A DNA stretch of 64,000 nt. It comes from a virus. The translations under genes were made by a program, and so were the position numbers. The stretch's first letter is position 1. Every line of letters begins with the position of its first letter. The stretch covers positions 1 to 64,000 of IMG/VR virus record IMGVR_UViG_3300017780_003691. One strand, written 5' to 3'. A model generated the notes under the pieces. That model did no database searches, was not told the DNA's origin, and worked only from the letters and a program-made list of their open reading frames with translations. Positions 27,875-37,318 of this stretch are shown in pieces.

Positions 27875-28249
27875 CTACGACGCGAGGCCAGCAGCCTTCA
27901 GGGCCGCCGTGACTTGCGCAAGCGCCGCGACCACCGCAGCCGTGGCTTCAGACGCTTCGAGAGCGGCGCCGTCAGCGTAGAGCTTGCGGGCCTTCTGCAC
28001 AGCGGCTTCGGCATTGTTGAGGAGGGGAACGAGCTTCGCTGCCGTCGGCTGGTCGATGAGACCGGCGCGGCCTGCGGCGAGGACACGGTCGAGCGCGAAG
28101 CCGTAGAGGTCTTCGAGCACGAGCAGGGCCTTCTCGTCGTAGGTGGCAGCTTGTTCGTTCTGGGTGAGGGCTGCGAGTTGAGCGCAACCCGCCGCCGGCA
28201 CCATGCAGAGCACGGCGACGGCGGCGATGAGGGGCTTCATGAAAGCCAT
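27875..28249 (-). CDS. putative lipoprotein (signal peptide + lipobox AAGC), helical Ala-rich; spanin-like candidate
   Basis: MKPLIAAVAVLCMVPAAGCAQ N-terminus. Confidence 0.5.
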   Translation of the reverse strand: MAFMKPLIAAVAVLCMVPAAGCAQLAALTQNEQAATYDEKALLVLEDLYGFALDRVLAAGRAGLIDQPTAAKLVPLLNNAEAAVQKARKLYADGAALEASEATAAVVAALAQVTAALKAAGLAS

Positions 28250-28255
28250 GTGCGC

Positions 28256-28477
28256 TTACTCCGCCACTTTCTTGCCGACCGGCGTGGTCGTGACGACACG
28301 CAGGAGGACGTTGATGGCGGCCCACGCCGAGATCAGGGCGTTCTCCGCGCCATCGGCGCCGAGGCCGATCTGCGCGATGGCTTGGACGGCTTCGTCGCCC
28401 CACAGCACGCCAGCGACAGCGGTCGCGACGTTGAATGCGATGGTGCGGAAGCCCTTGAATTTTTCGAGGAAGCTCAT
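28256..28477 (-). CDS. small membrane protein (holin-like candidate)
   Basis: 73 aa with hydrophobic segments, adjacent to lipoprotein gene. Confidence 0.4.
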   Translation of the reverse strand: MSFLEKFKGFRTIAFNVATAVAGVLWGDEAVQAIAQIGLGADGAENALISAWAAINVLLRVVTTTPVGKKVAE

Positions 28478-28519
28478 TGTAGTTCTCCGGGTTTGAGGTC
28501 GCAGGATGCGGCCTACGGG

Positions 28520-28717
28520 TTAGAGGTTGAAGCCCACGCTGTTCGAGTCGATGGACTCAACGGCGGCTTCCACGACCGCGACACGGGCCGCCAACGCGGC
28601 AAGCGCAGTGTCGAGCAGCGTGAAGCCCGAGCGCACCGTGTTCTGGAGCGCCACGTGACCGTAGACGGACAGCGGGAGGGAGTAGTTCGCGGTGACGGGC
28701 GGGGTGACGGCGGCCAT
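28520..28717 (-). CDS. hypothetical small protein carrying DSNS motif
   Basis: ORF; ...VESIDSNSVGFNL C-terminus. Confidence 0.35.
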   Translation of the reverse strand: MAAVTPPVTANYSLPLSVYGHVALQNTVRSGFTLLDTALAALAARVAVVEAAVESIDSNSVGFNL

Positions 28718-28801
28718 GACAGTTCTCCTGGGTTTGGACGGCTTTAGCGCCGCCCTTCAATGACCCAGAGATAGCTGATCTGCGTGCCGCAGTGCAACCC
28801 C

Positions 28802-29533
28802 TTAGCTACCGACCTGAAAACACTGCTCAATGGTCTCCAGAGGGGCCTCTGGGATGCCGGGCGCGGTGGCGCGCACCACACGCACCCCCAGCGATTCGAG
28901 CTTCAGCACGGACTGCGTGAGGCTCGCGGCGAACTTCGGGTAGTTGGCCGCGTAGGTCTGCCGCTTGTGCTTGGTGTGCCACTGCGTCGCGCCGTCGGCC
29001 GCGATCTGCATGTCGATACCGAATAGGACGATCTTCCTAGCCCCAAGATGATAGGCGAGGTTCACCGCCTGCGTCCCTGAGTCCCATCCGTGCAGCGTCG
29101 TCGGGATCAGCGAGAAGTTCCGCCGGTCGCGCCAGTAGCGGAGGATGCGGGGGTGGTTGCAGGTCTTCACCTCGGAAGTCGCGGTCGAGATCAGGCCCTC
29201 GAACTTCGCGAGCACGTCCTTGCTGTTCCACTGCCACCAGGAGGCGTCGGCGAAGTGCAGCCAGTCGGCCCACGGCGCGATCTCGAAGCTCTGGTTCACG
29301 GCAATGCACGCGCTGCGCTTCGTGACGCTGATGTCGAAGTTCTTCAGCGACGGCCCGCCGCCGATGATCGACACGACCTGGCCCTCGAAGATGCGGGGGT
29401 GCGTGTGGGGCTGGATGCCGCGCGGCGCGTGCGGATTGTGATCCGGCTTGATCCTGCCGGCGAACCGCGCGTGCTTCTTCTCTGCTTCAGCGAGAGCCTT
29501 GCGCACTCGCCATGGAACGCCGTCCTTCATCAC
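28802..29533 (-). CDS. DUF115/MptE-like (Maf-type glycosyltransferase-like) family protein, paralogue of 56894..57514
   Basis: VVSIIGGGPSL ... ACIAVNQ ... GTQAVNLAYHLGARKIVLFGIDM parallels the other copy (VAIVASGPSV ... IAVKDG ... TTALAINYAVLRGSRRILLVGVDA). Confidence 0.4.
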   Translation of the reverse strand: MMKDGVPWRVRKALAEAEKKHARFAGRIKPDHNPHAPRGIQPHTHPRIFEGQVVSIIGGGPSLKNFDISVTKRSACIAVNQSFEIAPWADWLHFADASWWQWNSKDVLAKFEGLISTATSEVKTCNHPRILRYWRDRRNFSLIPTTLHGWDSGTQAVNLAYHLGARKIVLFGIDMQIAADGATQWHTKHKRQTYAANYPKFAASLTQSVLKLESLGVRVVRATAPGIPEAPLETIEQCFQVGS

Positions 29534-30852
29534 GTCACCACGAAGATCAATCCAGAGTTGGTGGAGTCGACCGGAGCGCCACCGCCACCGCCCGTCGTCA
29601 TGGCGAGCGCCATGAAGAGATACGCGGTGCCGTTGACAGTTGTGTATTCGATCTCGAAGCCGTCGGATGTGAAGCTCGCGATCTCGCCAGCGACGAGCCC
29701 GTCCACCGTCGGGTTGCCGAGGGAGATCAGGCTGCCGTCGTCGTTCGAGTAGCAGATCGAGTTCGAGGGGTCCACGTTATCCTGGCTGGCGAGCAGGTAC
29801 ATTCCCGAGTCGCCGCCATTCTCGGTGACACCCATGTAGCTCGTCGCGTTCGCCGCGTTCGGACCCGAGGCCGTGTTGATCGTAGTCGAGCCGCCGCCAG
29901 CCACGAACAGGATTTCGGGCTCGAACGAAAGGCCGGTGACGGTCTGCGTCCCGGTCGTCGTGCGCGTGAGATAGTCGTCGAGATGGAAGTCGATGCCCGG
30001 CGCTTGGATGGCGAGAGTCGACATGATGATGCTGGAATGCGAGGCCGACGGCGTGACGCTGTAACCGCTCGCGTCGTAGTCGCCGATGGTGACTTGCGCG
30101 CCGAGCGATGGCGACGTGCCGCCATTGAGGAAGACCGCGATTCGGTTGTCGAGGACGCAGAAGTTCGAGCGGTTCACGGTGAGCGTGCCCGAGCCATCTC
30201 GCCGGCCGATGCAACGCTGAGTGTCCGAGCCGTCGTTGATCCCGATGCCGAACGAGAACAAGCCGAAGCCGGCGCCGCTCGAAGACAGGCCAACCGCGCT
30301 ACGCGCACAGTGCGCGGCGAACACGATGTCAGGCTCGAAGCCCGGCGCAGTCTGGTCGAGCGCCGACGTGCCTGTGCCGAGGTTGATCTCGGCGAGGTGA
30401 GCGAGACAGTCATCGCCTCCGAAGACGATCATCGTGAACTGACGAGTCGTTGCACCCGAGATCGGAGCGTTGACGAAGTTGAGCGACACTTCATCCGCAT
30501 CGCAGCCGTGCAGATAGACTTCCCAATCCTGGCTGAAGACCGAGCCCGTGTAGAGCAGGGCCAGTTGGTATCGGGTGTTGGATGATTGGACACTGTTGTT
30601 GTCCTGAATAATCATCTTGTTTTCAGACTGCGGTTGCCCGTCGCTGTTACTGTCCTCGTCAGCCACAGCGAAGCCGATGGAGTAGTCAGGCCCGCGCTGC
30701 GCGCCGTAGGCCGTGCCCGCCGTCCCGTTCGCCGGGTCGTGGTAGTTGGTGAGCAGGATGACGGCCTTCGGAATCTCGCCGCCCATATCGACGGCGTAGT
30801 CCACCACACCCTTCGCGGCCTGCGTGAAGGTGATGACTTGAACCCTAGCCAT
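29530..30852 (-). CDS. tail fibre / distal tail structural protein
   Basis: G/S/T-rich, beta-rich composition; DEDSNSDG motif; position within tail gene block. Confidence 0.5.
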   Translation of the reverse strand: MARVQVITFTQAAKGVVDYAVDMGGEIPKAVILLTNYHDPANGTAGTAYGAQRGPDYSIGFAVADEDSNSDGQPQSENKMIIQDNNSVQSSNTRYQLALLYTGSVFSQDWEVYLHGCDADEVSLNFVNAPISGATTRQFTMIVFGGDDCLAHLAEINLGTGTSALDQTAPGFEPDIVFAAHCARSAVGLSSSGAGFGLFSFGIGINDGSDTQRCIGRRDGSGTLTVNRSNFCVLDNRIAVFLNGGTSPSLGAQVTIGDYDASGYSVTPSASHSSIIMSTLAIQAPGIDFHLDDYLTRTTTGTQTVTGLSFEPEILFVAGGGSTTINTASGPNAANATSYMGVTENGGDSGMYLLASQDNVDPSNSICYSNDDGSLISLGNPTVDGLVAGEIASFTSDGFEIEYTTVNGTAYLFMALAMTTGGGGGAPVDSTNSGLIFVVT

Positions 30853-31898
30853 TAGCCGATCCTCGTGCCCATGAGCGTGATCGAGATGCCGAGCAACGCG
30901 CCGAGCGATGCCGGCGCGACGATGCCAAGCCGATCACCAGCGGCGAACGAGACCGCGCTGGCGAACGTGAAGCTGCCCGTCTGCGATCCACCGTCGAAAG
31001 TGATCGTGCCGATGCTCGATCCGTTCTTCTGGATGTCGAAGGCAACGCTGGCAGAGTTGGAGTCATCCGTGGTCGGGGTCTCCGCCCACGTCTGCGACCC
31101 CGTGAGGGACGCCGGCAGGATGAACGGGCGGCTCGCCACGTAGGTCACGCGGCGGTTCGCGTCGCCCGATCCACCGACGAAGAAGAACGCCGGATCGAGA
31201 ACGCGGAGTCGACCATAGAGATCGTCGAGCGCGCCGGCCACCGTGGTCTCGTCCGAGTTCGAGTCTCCGCCGTCGCCGGAAGAGTAGGTCACGGCGCCCG
31301 CGTCGACTCCACCGCCCGAGATGATGTTGCGGATGCGGAGGTAGAGATCATCAAGTGCGTCAGCGACGTTCGTCTCGGTCGAGTTGGAGTCGCCGTCCGT
31401 GCCAGAGTCGTAGGCCACGGCGGTCGCGTTCACTGCGCCGCTGATCGCACGGATGCGCTTGAAGAGTTCGTCGAGCGCCTGTGCGACCGTGGTGTCTTCC
31501 GAGTTCGAGTCGCCCTCGTCGCCAGCGTCGTAGGACACATCCGTTGCCGTGACAGTCGCAGCAGCAGCCGCGACCCAGGCGGCACCGTTGAAGCGATACT
31601 TCGAGGCAGTGCCGATGTCCCACACCTCCCACCCTTCGAGCGGGGTGAAGTAGACCCACGTGTCCACGTCGAAGTAGATGATCGAGTTCGCGGCTCCAGA
31701 GTTGGAGTCCTCCGCAGACAGGATGTGCCGGTCGCCGTTCGTCGGCGAGTCAGGAAGCTCCGTGACGAAGCTAAAGACCACCGCCTGCGAGAGGATGGAC
31801 AGCTTGCGCAGGTCTTCTGTTGCTGCGTCGCCCCAGCCGTCTTCACCGACGGAGTAGCCGCCGCGCAGGCCGAGGTTTGCGAAAATACGGGATGCCAT
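30852..31898 (-). CDS. tail fibre protein with three tandem repeats
   Basis: Three copies of ..YD.G.DGDSNS.ET.VA.ALD.L..RIR.I..; N-terminal FANLGL..G....G.W.D.....L.KL motif common in alphaproteobacterial phage fibres. Confidence 0.55.
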   Translation of the reverse strand: MASRIFANLGLRGGYSVGEDGWGDAATEDLRKLSILSQAVVFSFVTELPDSPTNGDRHILSAEDSNSGAANSIIYFDVDTWVYFTPLEGWEVWDIGTASKYRFNGAAWVAAAAATVTATDVSYDAGDEGDSNSEDTTVAQALDELFKRIRAISGAVNATAVAYDSGTDGDSNSTETNVADALDDLYLRIRNIISGGGVDAGAVTYSSGDGGDSNSDETTVAGALDDLYGRLRVLDPAFFFVGGSGDANRRVTYVASRPFILPASLTGSQTWAETPTTDDSNSASVAFDIQKNGSSIGTITFDGGSQTGSFTFASAVSFAAGDRLGIVAPASLGALLGISITLMGTRIG

Positions 31899-31922
31899 GT
31901 CAGTTCTCCTGCGTGTCCATTA

Positions 31923-34235
31923 TCACGATCCGCCGCCCCACGAGAAGCCCCAGTTGAGGCCCCAGCCGCCGTAGCCAACGCGGATCAGAAGGTCGTGGCC
32001 TTGGATGCTTTCATTGCCGTCGCCGTCCACCGCTTTCACGTTGACGCGCACGAGGGTCTTTCCGGCATAGTCATAGGGATCGAGCACGTAGCTCTCGCCC
32101 GTCAGCCCGGCGTGCGTGGCGATCAGCGTGCCGCCTGCGCTGTAGATGCGGATGGTGGTCGTCACCCCGACCGGCGGAGTGATGCCGTCGTCGTCCCATG
32201 AATAGACCGTGGTCTCTTCCATGTCGCGGTTGCGGTTCGCCCACGTGATGGTGATGTCGCCGTCTGCCTCGGCAACCGACACCAGGTCGATCTCGCCAAA
32301 CCCGAAGCCGTTGGCCCGCACCTTGGCAGGGCGGATCGGATCGTTGGGGCGGTTCGAGACTGTGACCGGCTGCGCCGTGGCGTCCGCGAGCGCGAGCGTC
32401 CCGAGCGAGGTCTTGGGCAGCACCTTGTAGTTCACCGTCTGGCCGTCAGCGAGCGCAGTGGCGTCGCCGAACTGCACCGCTGGAGAGAGGAACCAGATTT
32501 CCGTTCCGGCGGGCCACGCCTTGGGAGTCGTATCGAGCATCCCACGGTCGAGGGTCCACACGTTATTCGAGTCGATCTCGCGCAGGAAGGCAAGCTCCTG
32601 CTCGTCCTCGTCGCCACCGATCAGAACGAAGCCGTCCGTCTCGGGGCCAGTGCCCGGCGTCGTCGTGGCGAACTCGATCAGCGTGTCAGCTTCCGCGTCG
32701 AGATCGTTGATGAGAGTCGACCGGCCGGTGAGCATACGCTCGCCGAGGCTGCCGTACTCCAGTGAACCCCCGAGCGTCGTCTGCTCGCTCCAGAGTTCAT
32801 AGCGAGACGTGTCGCCGTCCGACTGCGTGGCGATGATCGCGGCGAAGGTCTCGTCCGGATCAGGGAAGCCGCCCGAGAACTGCGCGACGAAGAACGCCGG
32901 CATCGTGAAGGTCTTGATGTAGGCTGCCTCGGAGGGTGTTGCGCCGTCCTCGTGCAGTGTGGCCGGCGGGGCGTAGTACGCGCCAACGCGGAAGCCGAAG
33001 ATGTCTTCGAGCAGGGAGAGCCTGATCTTCGAGTCGGTCGTGCGTCCATAGTCCACGGACCCGATGCGGAAGATCACACCGAAGAGACCGAGGGCCGCGT
33101 TCGAGACCTTGATGACTCCACCGGGCACGATCTGCGAGTTCGTCGTGCGGAAGATTTCGAGTTCGCAGGACGCCAGCGGTGCAGACGCCGTGCGGCTATC
33201 GCGGACAGCCAGCTTCGTCGCCAGGTCGGGGTTGCGCACGCCATAGTAGTCGCGGTTGTCCGTGACCACCGAGCCTTGCGAGATCACGTTGCCGAGGTCT
33301 TGCCAGGAGACGGTAGCCTTGTCCTCGTTCGCAGGGTTCGTGAAGCTGACCACGATCTCGTTGATCGTCTCGCCCCACGACTTGCGTTGGAAGTTGGTGA
33401 GCTTGCAGTTGCTCTCGTCGAACTCAGGGATCGTGTCCGGATCATAGTCATCGCGCAGGAGCTTGATGTGGAACAGGCCGTCGGCCGGGTCCGTGTAGAC
33501 GGTCGCCTGGATGTGGTCGAGGATTTCACTGACGAACGCTTCGGGGGTGTCCTGCTGGAACCAGCCCATGCTGAGACCGAACTCCTCGTCGAAGAGGGTC
33601 TGCGCAGCAGCGATGAAGGACGCGACGTGGATGCCGGCAGCAGAGCCACCCATGAGGTTCGGGTCCACGAGCACGTCGTAGATCATGTGGGCAGGGTTGC
33701 AGTCGTCGCCGATCATGGCGGTCTCGTCGGGCAGGACGCCGGTCGTGTATTCCGGCTCGCCTGTGACCTTGACCCACGCCGTCTTCAGGTAGGGGTTGTT
33801 GTAGCCCCACACGAAGCCGGGGAGGTTCTGGCCCGCGCTACCCGCTACCGGCGGAAGCCCGAAGCGAGGGTGAGGCAGACCTTCCGGGTTCTGCACGCCG
33901 GTCCCGTTGCCCACCATGAAGACGGACGCGAAGCCACGGAAGCCAGGGCAGGTCGCGGTGGTGAGGCCCAGCTTCGCCGCAAGGCCCTCGGGCATCGTCT
34001 GGTTCTCGTCGCCGGGCAGGAAGTAGATGTCGCCTTGGATGCCGCCTTCCTTCTGCACGCCACCGAACAGGTCGATGTTGTTGATGCCGATGATCGTCTG
34101 GGTGTCGAGGTCTCCCTCCCACGCCAGCTTCTCGCCGAAGAACAGGCCGCGCAGGCGCACGGGCGCCAGACACACGCCGAAGTGCGTTGAGAGCCGGTAC
34201 TCGGCAACCCGCATCTTCTGTGACTTACCGCCCAT
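31923..34235 (-). CDS. large tail tip / host-specificity (J-like) protein
   Basis: 770-aa beta-rich protein in the distal tail block. Confidence 0.45.
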   Translation of the reverse strand: MGGKSQKMRVAEYRLSTHFGVCLAPVRLRGLFFGEKLAWEGDLDTQTIIGINNIDLFGGVQKEGGIQGDIYFLPGDENQTMPEGLAAKLGLTTATCPGFRGFASVFMVGNGTGVQNPEGLPHPRFGLPPVAGSAGQNLPGFVWGYNNPYLKTAWVKVTGEPEYTTGVLPDETAMIGDDCNPAHMIYDVLVDPNLMGGSAAGIHVASFIAAAQTLFDEEFGLSMGWFQQDTPEAFVSEILDHIQATVYTDPADGLFHIKLLRDDYDPDTIPEFDESNCKLTNFQRKSWGETINEIVVSFTNPANEDKATVSWQDLGNVISQGSVVTDNRDYYGVRNPDLATKLAVRDSRTASAPLASCELEIFRTTNSQIVPGGVIKVSNAALGLFGVIFRIGSVDYGRTTDSKIRLSLLEDIFGFRVGAYYAPPATLHEDGATPSEAAYIKTFTMPAFFVAQFSGGFPDPDETFAAIIATQSDGDTSRYELWSEQTTLGGSLEYGSLGERMLTGRSTLINDLDAEADTLIEFATTTPGTGPETDGFVLIGGDEDEQELAFLREIDSNNVWTLDRGMLDTTPKAWPAGTEIWFLSPAVQFGDATALADGQTVNYKVLPKTSLGTLALADATAQPVTVSNRPNDPIRPAKVRANGFGFGEIDLVSVAEADGDITITWANRNRDMEETTVYSWDDDGITPPVGVTTTIRIYSAGGTLIATHAGLTGESYVLDPYDYAGKTLVRVNVKAVDGDGNESIQGHDLLIRVGYGGWGLNWGFSWGGGS

Positions 34236-34416
34236 CGCGGACCCTCTTCATCTCGACGACCTTCTTTGCCAGGCCGTCACCCTTCTCGATCAGTTCTTTC
34301 GCGTCGATACCATCGCGCAAAAACGCCTTGAAGTCCAAACCGTGAAGCTCGAACCACTTGCGGGCGCCCTTGACGCAGTAGCCGGCGGCGCGGATGTCAG
34401 CGATGTAGACGATCAC
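34225..34416 (-). CDS. hypothetical small protein
   Basis: ORF (MIVYIADIRAAGYCVKGARKWFELHGLD...). Confidence 0.35.
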   Translation of the reverse strand: MIVYIADIRAAGYCVKGARKWFELHGLDFKAFLRDGIDAKELIEKGDGLAKKVVEMKRVRDGR

Positions 34417-34661
34417 TTCTTGCCTCCGCCGGTCTTCACCTCGAACTCGCGCACGTTCTTGTCGCCGTACCAGAGGAGGTTGATCCCCTTGATCGTCATC
34501 GTGCCCCAGACGCGCGGCATCGGCTTCCCTGCCTCGGCGACAGGGGCCTCAAGGTCTTTCGCGCTCTCCGCCTTCGGGCCTTTCGGCTTGGGCAGGATGA
34601 GGTTCGCCACGATAGAGACGGCGATGGCGATGAGAAGCTGGACAACCCAATCCCAGACCAT
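34413..34661 (-). CDS. hypothetical small membrane-anchored protein
   Basis: N-terminal hydrophobic helix. Confidence 0.35.
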   Translation of the reverse strand: MVWDWVVQLLIAIAVSIVANLILPKPKGPKAESAKDLEAPVAEAGKPMPRVWGTMTIKGINLLWYGDKNVREFEVKTGGGKK

Positions 34662-34664
34662 GTG

Positions 34665-35546
34665 TCACCCGTAAGGATTGACGGGGGTGCCGATGGGATT
34701 CTGTACGGGAATCCACGGGCAGCCGCCGAAGTTGTGAATGTTCGAGTGCAGGCCAGAGCAGTGATCCATCTGGTGGTTGCACCCGAGGGAGATGCGAACG
34801 ACCTGCGTCGTGAGCAGGGTGGTCGGGCCGCTCATGTAGACGGTGTAGCCGTTCGACGACTCCTCCACCTCGAACACGGTCCTGATCTCCACGTTGCCAG
34901 CAGGCGTCGTCCATTCGATGACACCGCCCTTGAAGTTCTCGATGACGCTCGGCGGCGCGAAGCCGTCGGGCAGACCGATCTCCAGGGCGTTCTCGACTAC
35001 GGAGTTCGGCAGCACCGTAAAGGTGGCGGCTGCTCGGTTCGCGTTGCACTGCTTCGGCCCGGTCGAGTAGAGCGTGTGCGTGCAGGTGAGTTGGAAGTGA
35101 CGGCGGAGGCCGGCGCGTCGCAGAGAGGTCGCCAGCGGCTCGCACGTGAGCACGCACTGGTGGGAGCCATCGCCTTCGTGCTTGCCATTGAGGACGCGGC
35201 CGACCCAGATCGAGCGCCACTCTGTGACGCCTCCCTCGGACAGGTGGCCCCTGAAGATCGTCATCGAGATCGGGTAGGATGGCGGATACGCGCGATAGAG
35301 TTGCGCGATAGCGGCCGTCGTAGGCACGCGCAGTTCGAGGCTCTTGCGGTCGAGCGTGCCGCTCGCGGTGATCTTGCCAGCAGAGACCGGGATCGGCTCG
35401 TAGGTCACGTCGTCCTTGATGATCGGCTGCTCCGCGTCGGTGTAGCCGTAGACCGATAGAGTCGCGACGCCGTACCTGAAGAGGATCAGGTTGACGGGCA
35501 TCCCATGCTCGCGGCTCTCGTCGTATTCGTCATAGGCGTTCGTCAT
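34665..35546 (-). CDS. tail tip protein with C-terminal cysteine cluster
   Basis: ATG at 35546 overlaps upstream stop; C-terminal HQCVLTCE...CTHTL...KQCNAN...GCNHQMDHCSGLHSNIHNFGGC cysteine-rich region reminiscent of Fe-S-binding lambda gpL-type proteins. Confidence 0.4.
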   Translation of the reverse strand: MTNAYDEYDESREHGMPVNLILFRYGVATLSVYGYTDAEQPIIKDDVTYEPIPVSAGKITASGTLDRKSLELRVPTTAAIAQLYRAYPPSYPISMTIFRGHLSEGGVTEWRSIWVGRVLNGKHEGDGSHQCVLTCEPLATSLRRAGLRRHFQLTCTHTLYSTGPKQCNANRAAATFTVLPNSVVENALEIGLPDGFAPPSVIENFKGGVIEWTTPAGNVEIRTVFEVEESSNGYTVYMSGPTTLLTTQVVRISLGCNHQMDHCSGLHSNIHNFGGCPWIPVQNPIGTPVNPYG

Positions 35547-37318
35547 CAGACGATCTCCGAGTTCGATTGGTCGTCGCCGTCTTTCGCGGACCACGGTTGA
35601 GTTTGCACAGTGAAGGCGACCTGGCAAACTTCGTCCGTCAGGAACTCGAAGCTGCACTGGTCGGTCGCGAAGCGCCACAGGGGCACCCAGCAAATCTTCT
35701 CCACGTCTTCGAGGTCGATGTCCTGGCCCATGGTCTCGGTGAGTTGGATGATGCTCTGCCCGTCACCGTTGGAGTCGACCTCGGCGAAGATGTCCGCGAT
35801 CTGCTTGTAGACGATGGTGCCGTCGAGCAGGACCAGAGCGACTCCCGCGCCGAAGCGAACCGGGTCATCCGCGTAGGTGCCTGCGAACTCCACGCCATCG
35901 ACCACGATGATGTCGTCTCCCGACACCCAGCCTTGCGCGGCGTCGATGTCATACTCCCAAGTCGGCATGTAGAACTCACGGCACTGCCCGGCGCAGCGGA
36001 AGAAGAACTCCCGCAGCATCTCGGACTGTGCGAAGTCGCGGCCCGTGTAGTTGAGCACCAGGCGCTTCTGCTGGAAGTCCACGTCCGCGATGCGGTCGAC
36101 TCGGCCGACCTCGAAGTTGATGAAGACCGTCGGGTGGTAGTCCACCGTCTGCGGCGGGTCAGCCCAGTTCGGCTTCTCCAGCCAAAGCTCTCGCGAGTCG
36201 AACGTCTGGAGCGGCGAGGTCGCGGGCTCGACAGCCTGCGTGCCAGGTCGAACGAAGAAGCGCGGCGTCACCGTCTGCACGGTGTTGGTGAGCATGTTGC
36301 CGCTCGTCTCGTCTGCGATGAAGCAGGAGAGCGCGGGGTAAATCTTGGTGCCGACAGGCCACTCGATCTCGTCGTCCGATTTGAAGCGGACCAGGGGTGC
36401 GGAGTTGGAGTCCTCCGTCTCGAAGTCCACACGACGCAGCGACCAGTTCGTTCCATCGTGCAGGATCACATAGGCGTTGTTCTCCGCCAGCCACCACGGG
36501 ATGTCGCCGTCGATGTAAGCCTCCAGCGTCTCGGCCGGCATGACGGCAGAGGTCGTGACATAGCGCGTGATCTCAGGGACGAAGAACCGACCGCGTTGGT
36601 TGCCCACCATGAGGCGCTGATACTCGCGACGCTCAAGCCGGGTGAGCGCGACCTCGAACTCCACCTGCATACGCGGGGTCTGCCGGTATTGGATACGCTG
36701 CTCGCGCCCGTTCGCCGAGGTGATGACCTCGGTGAGGAAGGCGTACTCGATGTTGTAGGACGCGGCCCAGTTGGGTTTGTATTCCCAGACCTGATCCGTC
36801 AGTTGCGGAACGCGGAAGCCGGTGACATCGAGTTCGAGGATGTCGCCAAGATCGAAGGACAGCGTGAAGGAGTCCGAGAGCACTGTCTCGCCTTCGCCAT
36901 CCGCCGTGAACGAGAGCGTCTGGATTTGCAGGGCGCCGAATGCGACAGGCACCGTGCCGTCGTATGCGACCTCGGTGCCGAATGCCGGCGTCACAGTGTT
37001 GAGCACTGCGTCGTCGAAGTAGGCGTTCCACACGCGGACCTGGATCGTGGTGTCAGCCGCGAAGGTGCCATAAGCCAGTTCGTTCGGGATCAGGTAGATG
37101 CGGAAGTAGAAGTCGTCGAGGAACGTGAACTGCCGCTCGCCCGTGCGCTGCTCCCAAAGCGTCTGCACCATGAAGTAGTTCGTGTCGGGACCAGTGATCC
37201 CGGACTCCAACTCCTGCGCGTGCGTGCGTGCGCCAGGCTGCACAGCGCCAGCGACGCCGGTAGCTGCGCTACCAGGCGTCGTGAACGTCTCCATGAGAGG
37301 CTGGATCGAGCTAGCCAT
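35546..37318 (-). CDS. distal tail / baseplate-region structural protein
   Basis: ATG 37318 (MASSIQPLMETF...) overlapping upstream stop; contains EDSNSAP motif. Confidence 0.45.
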   Translation of the reverse strand: MASSIQPLMETFTTPGSAATGVAGAVQPGARTHAQELESGITGPDTNYFMVQTLWEQRTGERQFTFLDDFYFRIYLIPNELAYGTFAADTTIQVRVWNAYFDDAVLNTVTPAFGTEVAYDGTVPVAFGALQIQTLSFTADGEGETVLSDSFTLSFDLGDILELDVTGFRVPQLTDQVWEYKPNWAASYNIEYAFLTEVITSANGREQRIQYRQTPRMQVEFEVALTRLERREYQRLMVGNQRGRFFVPEITRYVTTSAVMPAETLEAYIDGDIPWWLAENNAYVILHDGTNWSLRRVDFETEDSNSAPLVRFKSDDEIEWPVGTKIYPALSCFIADETSGNMLTNTVQTVTPRFFVRPGTQAVEPATSPLQTFDSRELWLEKPNWADPPQTVDYHPTVFINFEVGRVDRIADVDFQQKRLVLNYTGRDFAQSEMLREFFFRCAGQCREFYMPTWEYDIDAAQGWVSGDDIIVVDGVEFAGTYADDPVRFGAGVALVLLDGTIVYKQIADIFAEVDSNGDGQSIIQLTETMGQDIDLEDVEKICWVPLWRFATDQCSFEFLTDEVCQVAFTVQTQPWSAKDGDDQSNSEIV

